From the NCBI GenBank assembly GCA_037310415.1, contig CP147780.1, forward strand, positions 2,176,001 through 2,240,000: DNA of 64,000 bases, written 5' to 3'. Source of the DNA: Candidatus Atabeyarchaeum deiterrae. GTDB taxonomy: Archaea; Asgardarchaeota; Atabeyarchaeia; Atabeyarchaeales; Atabeyarchaeaceae. The notes under the pieces are model-generated. The model was not told where the DNA came from. It was given only the letters and a program-made list of their open reading frames with translations, and searched no databases. Made by a program: the position numbers and the translations under genes. Shown piece after piece: positions 59,782-64,000 of this stretch. Each line of letters begins with the position of its first letter. Position 1 is the first letter of the stretch.

Positions 59782-61515
59782 TCATGGATTCATTTCATAC
59801 AGACCTTTGAGTGCGTAGACTTTTTCGACGACTCTCTTGAAACGCTCTTCGCCAATCACCGGTTTCTTGATCATTTTCATACAGTATTCCATTTGATTCT
59901 TCGCTGTGCTGGGTTTCGAGTATAGTTGGAGTGCATATTTCGAAAAATCCCTAACCATGAAGTCGAAAATCTGATCCAGGAGATCATCTTCAACATCATA
60001 GATCTTTGAGTTCTCAATAATGAGCTGCCCGTAGGCGACTAATGTAAAGAGTTCGCCAACCGTTAGAAGGAAGTCAATATCCTTGGACTGTTCTTGAGAA
60101 GGAGGTGCCTTGAGGCCAAGCTCCTTGAAGATCGCTATTTGTTCTTTGAACACGTTCACATTAGGCAGGTCAACGCTGTCATAGGCGATATTGTAGTCAT
60201 GGAATTGTATTTCCCCTAAACCCTTCGCTGGTCCTTGATTGAAGAGGAAATCGTCATTTCTGGCATCGTTTCTCTTTGGTATCTCGGGGAACTTGCCATG
60301 ACCGAAGAAGAACCTTGGGACGAATTTGATGATAAGCGCCATGTTCACGTGAACTGTTCCTTCAAGTTTCGGCAGAGCTCTGATATCTCTTGCCGCCATT
60401 TCGAAATAGGTATCCGCTTCAAAACCCTTCGCAGCAATAATGTCCCAGAGGAGGTTTATCACTTCCTCACCTTGCGTGGTTACCTTCATTTTCACAATCG
60501 GATTATAGAGGAGATATCGCCTATCATTAGGCGAAGCAGAACGCATGTAGTCCGCCGCCCTCAATGCAAAGAGTTTCATTGCTACAAGACGGCAGTAGGC
60601 GTCAACAAAGAATTGTTTGATGTGTGGAAAATCTGTCACATAGGTGTTGTAGAGTCTGCGTTTTGAAGCATGGTTGATCGCTTCATAGAATGCGTGGGTA
60701 CATATGCCGATTGACGCCCACCCGAGGTTGAACTTTCCAATATTGACAGTGTTAAGAGCAGTGTCCCAAGCATCCGCGCCTTTTGAAAGGATGTCAGCTT
60801 CAGTTATGGCGTAATCGTGGAGCGCGTACTGACCGACGTAGTTTTGGCTACTAACGACGTTTTTCACTAGGTCGTAGTTCTTCTTGCTGTAATTCGCCAC
60901 AAATAAAACGTAATCGCTCTTATCCTTGGCCCCTGAAATTCTTCCCTTGGGATCAGTTATTCTTCCGAAAGTGGATACCATCGGAGCCACATTTGCATTA
61001 CCTATATAGTACTTCTCGCCATTGGCCGTGTACGTTCCGTCGGCTTGGGGTATGAGCTTCATTTCGGTAGAATATATGTCAGCGCCATGTTCCCTTTCAG
61101 AGAGACCAAAAGCGAATACCGCTCCATCTTTCAGAAGTTGCGCGGCTTTCTTCTTCAATTCCTCATTCTTACTCATCCAGATTGGACCGAGACCGAGAAT
61201 AGACACCTGCCAGGTGTACCAGTAGCACAATCCATAGAAGGCGAGAATCTCATTGAATTCACAATTTCGCCAAGTATCCCAGCGAGTAGCTTCAGCACCT
61301 TCGTCAGCGTAATCTGAAGGAGTCAGAAGAGCGGAGAAAATCTTCTCTTCTTTTACAAACTCGAGAAAATCTGAATACCAGATCTTATTATGGTCCATTT
61401 CCTTGAGTTTTGTCTTCCCTCTATTCTCAAAAAAACCAATGGTCTTCAGCATGATCTCTCGAGATCTTTCATCTGCATATTCACGACTGTGATTTCTTGG
61501 ATTTAGGAGAATCAT
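59782..61515 (-). CDS. Acyl-CoA dehydrogenase (long type)
   Basis: FGLSEREHGAD, GEKYYIGN, IAAKGFE, LPKLEGTVHVN. Confidence 0.88.
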   Translation of the reverse strand: MILLNPRNHSREYADERSREIMLKTIGFFENRGKTKLKEMDHNKIWYSDFLEFVKEEKIFSALLTPSDYADEGAEATRWDTWRNCEFNEILAFYGLCYWYTWQVSILGLGPIWMSKNEELKKKAAQLLKDGAVFAFGLSEREHGADIYSTEMKLIPQADGTYTANGEKYYIGNANVAPMVSTFGRITDPKGRISGAKDKSDYVLFVANYSKKNYDLVKNVVSSQNYVGQYALHDYAITEADILSKGADAWDTALNTVNIGKFNLGWASIGICTHAFYEAINHASKRRLYNTYVTDFPHIKQFFVDAYCRLVAMKLFALRAADYMRSASPNDRRYLLYNPIVKMKVTTQGEEVINLLWDIIAAKGFEADTYFEMAARDIRALPKLEGTVHVNMALIIKFVPRFFFGHGKFPEIPKRNDARNDDFLFNQGPAKGLGEIQFHDYNIAYDSVDLPNVNVFKEQIAIFKELGLKAPPSQEQSKDIDFLLTVGELFTLVAYGQLIIENSKIYDVEDDLLDQIFDFMVRDFSKYALQLYSKPSTAKNQMEYCMKMIKKPVIGEERFKRVVEKVYALKGLYEMNP

Positions 61516-61727
61516 GACCGATTAGTTATCTGACGTGTTATATAAATTAGTTGGAGGCAACATGCTCCTGCATTTGAGCTGGAGGTTGCCTAATCAAACT
61601 GGACTCGTTCTATTCTTCAGTGCTTCCCGAAGAGAACCTTACCAGACTTGTGGAGAAGTTATATTAGATTAGAGAAGTACAGTTCTCATAAAATGATCAT
61701 GAGTAAGAGGATGAGAGGAGACTGGAA

Positions 61728-63428
61728 TTGGTAGCATATGCTGATAAACCATGGTTGAAGCACTACCACGCGGGAGTACCCACGCATGTAGACATTCCTG
61801 AGATTTCCGTACCCGACATGCTAGAGCGCACTGTGTCGAAGATTCCCGACAACACTGCAATCTACTTTATGGGACGCAAGATAACATACAAGGAACTGAA
61901 GGATCACGTGGATAGACTGGCAACAGCTTTAGTAGATCTAGGAATCAGCAGAGGGGACGTGGTCGCAATACATCTCCCAAACCTGCCTCAATTTATAATA
62001 ACGTACTACGCAGCATTGAAAGCAGGCGCCAGGGTCACTTGCATAAGCGCACTCTTGACTGGACCCGAAGCTAAGTTCCAGTTGAATGATGCTGGAGCCA
62101 AAGCAATAGTCACAATGGATGGAGCGCCGCTCGGAGTAATTAGTAGCATAAGAAATGATACCAAGCTAAAGCATGTCATAGTCGCATCCTTGATGGACTA
62201 CTTGCCCGGGAAGCCGCGGAGACCAGCAGAGAAAGAAGGAACCCATCAGTTTGCCAATCTAATAGCAGACCATCAACCAAATCCCCCACAGTTCAAGATC
62301 AACCCAAGGGAAGAGGTCGCAGTGCTGCAGTACACAGGCGGAACAACCGGAATACCAAAAGGCGCCATGCTCACACATCACAACCTAGTCTCGAACGTCA
62401 TGCAAGGCATTGCCTGGTTTGGCTGGAACTTCGAATTTGGAAAGGAGACGTGTCTAGTTAACTTGCCATTGTTCCATATCTATGCCATGACAGCCTGCAT
62501 GAATGTCCCGATCTGGCATGGATTTTGCATGGCTCTCAACCCAGATCCGAGGGACCTCCCTTCAGCACTCTCCCTGATCAAAAGCACAAAGCCGAGTTTC
62601 TTCCCAGGAGTTCCGACTCTCTATATGCGGCTGCTTCAAGTCAAGGGTGTGGAAAAATACTATGGTGACTTGAAAACCATCAGAATCTGCTTGTCGGGAG
62701 CCGCCCCTATGCCGCCAGAGGTCATGAAGCAATTTGAGCAGGTAACAGGAGGCACTGTTCTCGAAGCCTACGGTCTGACTGAAACTTGCCCTGCGACGCA
62801 CATTAGCCCCTCCAAAGAAGGGAGGAAGATTGGCTCAATTGGACCCCCGATATCTGACACCGATTGCAGGATTGTCGATATTGAAACTGGAATAAGGCTC
62901 ATGCCCGTTGGTGAAGCAGGCGAACTCGCGATAAAGGGTCCGCAGGTAATGAAAGGCTATTGGAATAAACCAGAAGAAACAAAGAACCAATTGAAAAAGG
63001 AGATCGCTGGAGAGCCTGGTCCATGGCTTCTCACTGGTGACATTGCGAAGATGGATGAGGATGGATTCTTCTACATAGTTGACAGAAAGAAGGACATGAT
63101 TGATGTCAGCGGCTTCAAGGTATACCCGCGTGAAGTTGATGACGTGCTATTCGAACACCCATCGGTTGCGATGGCAGCGGCAATCGGCATCGCAGATCCA
63201 AAGATGCCTGGAAGTGAGCGAGTGAAGGCATTCGTGGTGGTGAAACCAGGTGTCGCCGAGAGCGACGAGACAAAGAAGAACATCATCGACTTTGCCAAGA
63301 CACGGCTCGCACCATACAAAGTTCCCAAAGAAATTGAGTTCAGAAAGGAACTGCCAACAACACTGATTGGAAAGGTTCTGAAGAGACCGCTGAGGGACGA
63401 GGAGAAGCAGAAAACAGGGAAAACCTGA
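61728..63428 (+). CDS. Long-chain fatty acid-CoA ligase
   Basis: YTGGTTGIPKG, YGLTE, GELAIKGPQVMKGYW, TGDI, DRKKDMI, GKVLKR. Confidence 0.95.
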   Translation: MVAYADKPWLKHYHAGVPTHVDIPEISVPDMLERTVSKIPDNTAIYFMGRKITYKELKDHVDRLATALVDLGISRGDVVAIHLPNLPQFIITYYAALKAGARVTCISALLTGPEAKFQLNDAGAKAIVTMDGAPLGVISSIRNDTKLKHVIVASLMDYLPGKPRRPAEKEGTHQFANLIADHQPNPPQFKINPREEVAVLQYTGGTTGIPKGAMLTHHNLVSNVMQGIAWFGWNFEFGKETCLVNLPLFHIYAMTACMNVPIWHGFCMALNPDPRDLPSALSLIKSTKPSFFPGVPTLYMRLLQVKGVEKYYGDLKTIRICLSGAAPMPPEVMKQFEQVTGGTVLEAYGLTETCPATHISPSKEGRKIGSIGPPISDTDCRIVDIETGIRLMPVGEAGELAIKGPQVMKGYWNKPEETKNQLKKEIAGEPGPWLLTGDIAKMDEDGFFYIVDRKKDMIDVSGFKVYPREVDDVLFEHPSVAMAAAIGIADPKMPGSERVKAFVVVKPGVAESDETKKNIIDFAKTRLAPYKVPKEIEFRKELPTTLIGKVLKRPLRDEEKQKTGKT

Positions 63429-63612
63429 GAAACACCTTCTCTATACCTCTCTTTTTTCGAACCGTCTCTAAACCACTTGGTAACCTTCTTCATAGGCGAA
63501 GTGATCTCTGTTAGTTTGAAGCCTTGGGAAGGCATAAATAACGCCTAAACAAGATTATTAGATCTAATCAGTTCTAATACCGACTTCAAATGAAGAAGAG
63601 AGGGAATAAGGA

Positions 63613-64000
63613 TTGGTAACATATGCGGATAAACCATGGTTGAAGCACTACCACAAGGGAGTACCCGAGAAGTTGGACATTCCAGTGATCTCACTCCCTG
63701 AAATGCTCGATCGGACAGTAGCGAAGTATCCAGAAAGCACTGCGATCTATTTCATGGGACGCAAGATACTCTATAAGGAGCTGAAGGATCACGTCGACAG
63801 ATTTTCCACAGCGCTGGCAGACTTAGGTATCAAGAAAGGGGATGTAGTCGCGATACACTTGCCGAACTTCCCCCAGTTCATAATAGCATACTACGGGGCC
63901 CTGAAAGCGGGCGCAGCAGTGACCTGCATTAGCGCTTTACTAACAGCACCCGAAGTCAAGTTCCAGTTGAACGACGCGCAGGCAAAAGCAATAGTCACAA
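63613..64000 (+). CDS. Long-chain fatty acid-CoA ligase paralog (partial; runs off the window end)
   Basis: TTG at 63613; translates VTYADKPWLKHYHKGVPEKLDIP..., collinear with 61728..63428; absent from the ORF track because no stop lies in the window. Confidence 0.9.
   Translation, partial: MVTYADKPWLKHYHKGVPEKLDIPVISLPEMLDRTVAKYPESTAIYFMGRKILYKELKDHVDRFSTALADLGIKKGDVVAIHLPNFPQFIIAYYGALKAGAAVTCISALLTAPEVKFQLNDAQAKAIVT

Noticed and set aside
60925-60966. Short insertion GRITDPK-GRISGAK in the acyl-CoA dehydrogenase
   Set aside because: An imperfect 21-nt tandem duplication in a loop; in frame, with no BHB fold.
1-64000. CRISPR arrays, tRNA and rRNA genes
   Set aside because: No regularly spaced repeats, cloverleaf/T-loop signatures or rRNA-like stretches seen by eye; short or intron-split RNAs could have been missed without a covariance search.

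Overview
Archaeal chromosomal window. Evidence: GatD/GatE, archaeal-type AsnRS, BRE/TATA promoters and oligo-T terminators. Several eukaryote-like proteins suggest an Asgard or TACK lineage (inference). Ordinary content: peptide and fatty-acid catabolism (S9 peptidase, three acyl-CoA dehydrogenases, enoyl-CoA hydratase, tandem acyl-CoA ligases, iorAB, amidase, GH1, nagA), a complete Opp/Dpp ABC transporter, translation genes (class II lysS, AlaX, asnS-gatD-gatE), DNA-repair genes and a RelBE-type toxin-antitoxin pair. Top finding: gatE is interrupted by a 41-nt insertion (46226-46266) whose junctions fold into a canonical bulge-helix-bulge (BHB) motif. Removing it at the standard endonuclease cut sites restores the frame and the conserved CLVEAD-DEPPH motif, so it is a candidate tRNA-type intron in a protein-coding mRNA. 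Second: an intact TnpB lies in a 1221-bp element with 24-bp IS6-like terminal inverted repeats and an exact 8-bp target-site duplication instead of IS200/IS605 ends. Also notable: an ORF-less IS200/IS605-type mini-element with a structured RNA; alpha-SNAP-like, CdvA-like and presenilin-like proteins; a double KaiC/RAD55 protein with both P-loop lysines lost; and a circularly permuted peptide-binding protein. I saw no tRNA, rRNA or CRISPR array. All family calls come from motif recognition by eye, not database searches.
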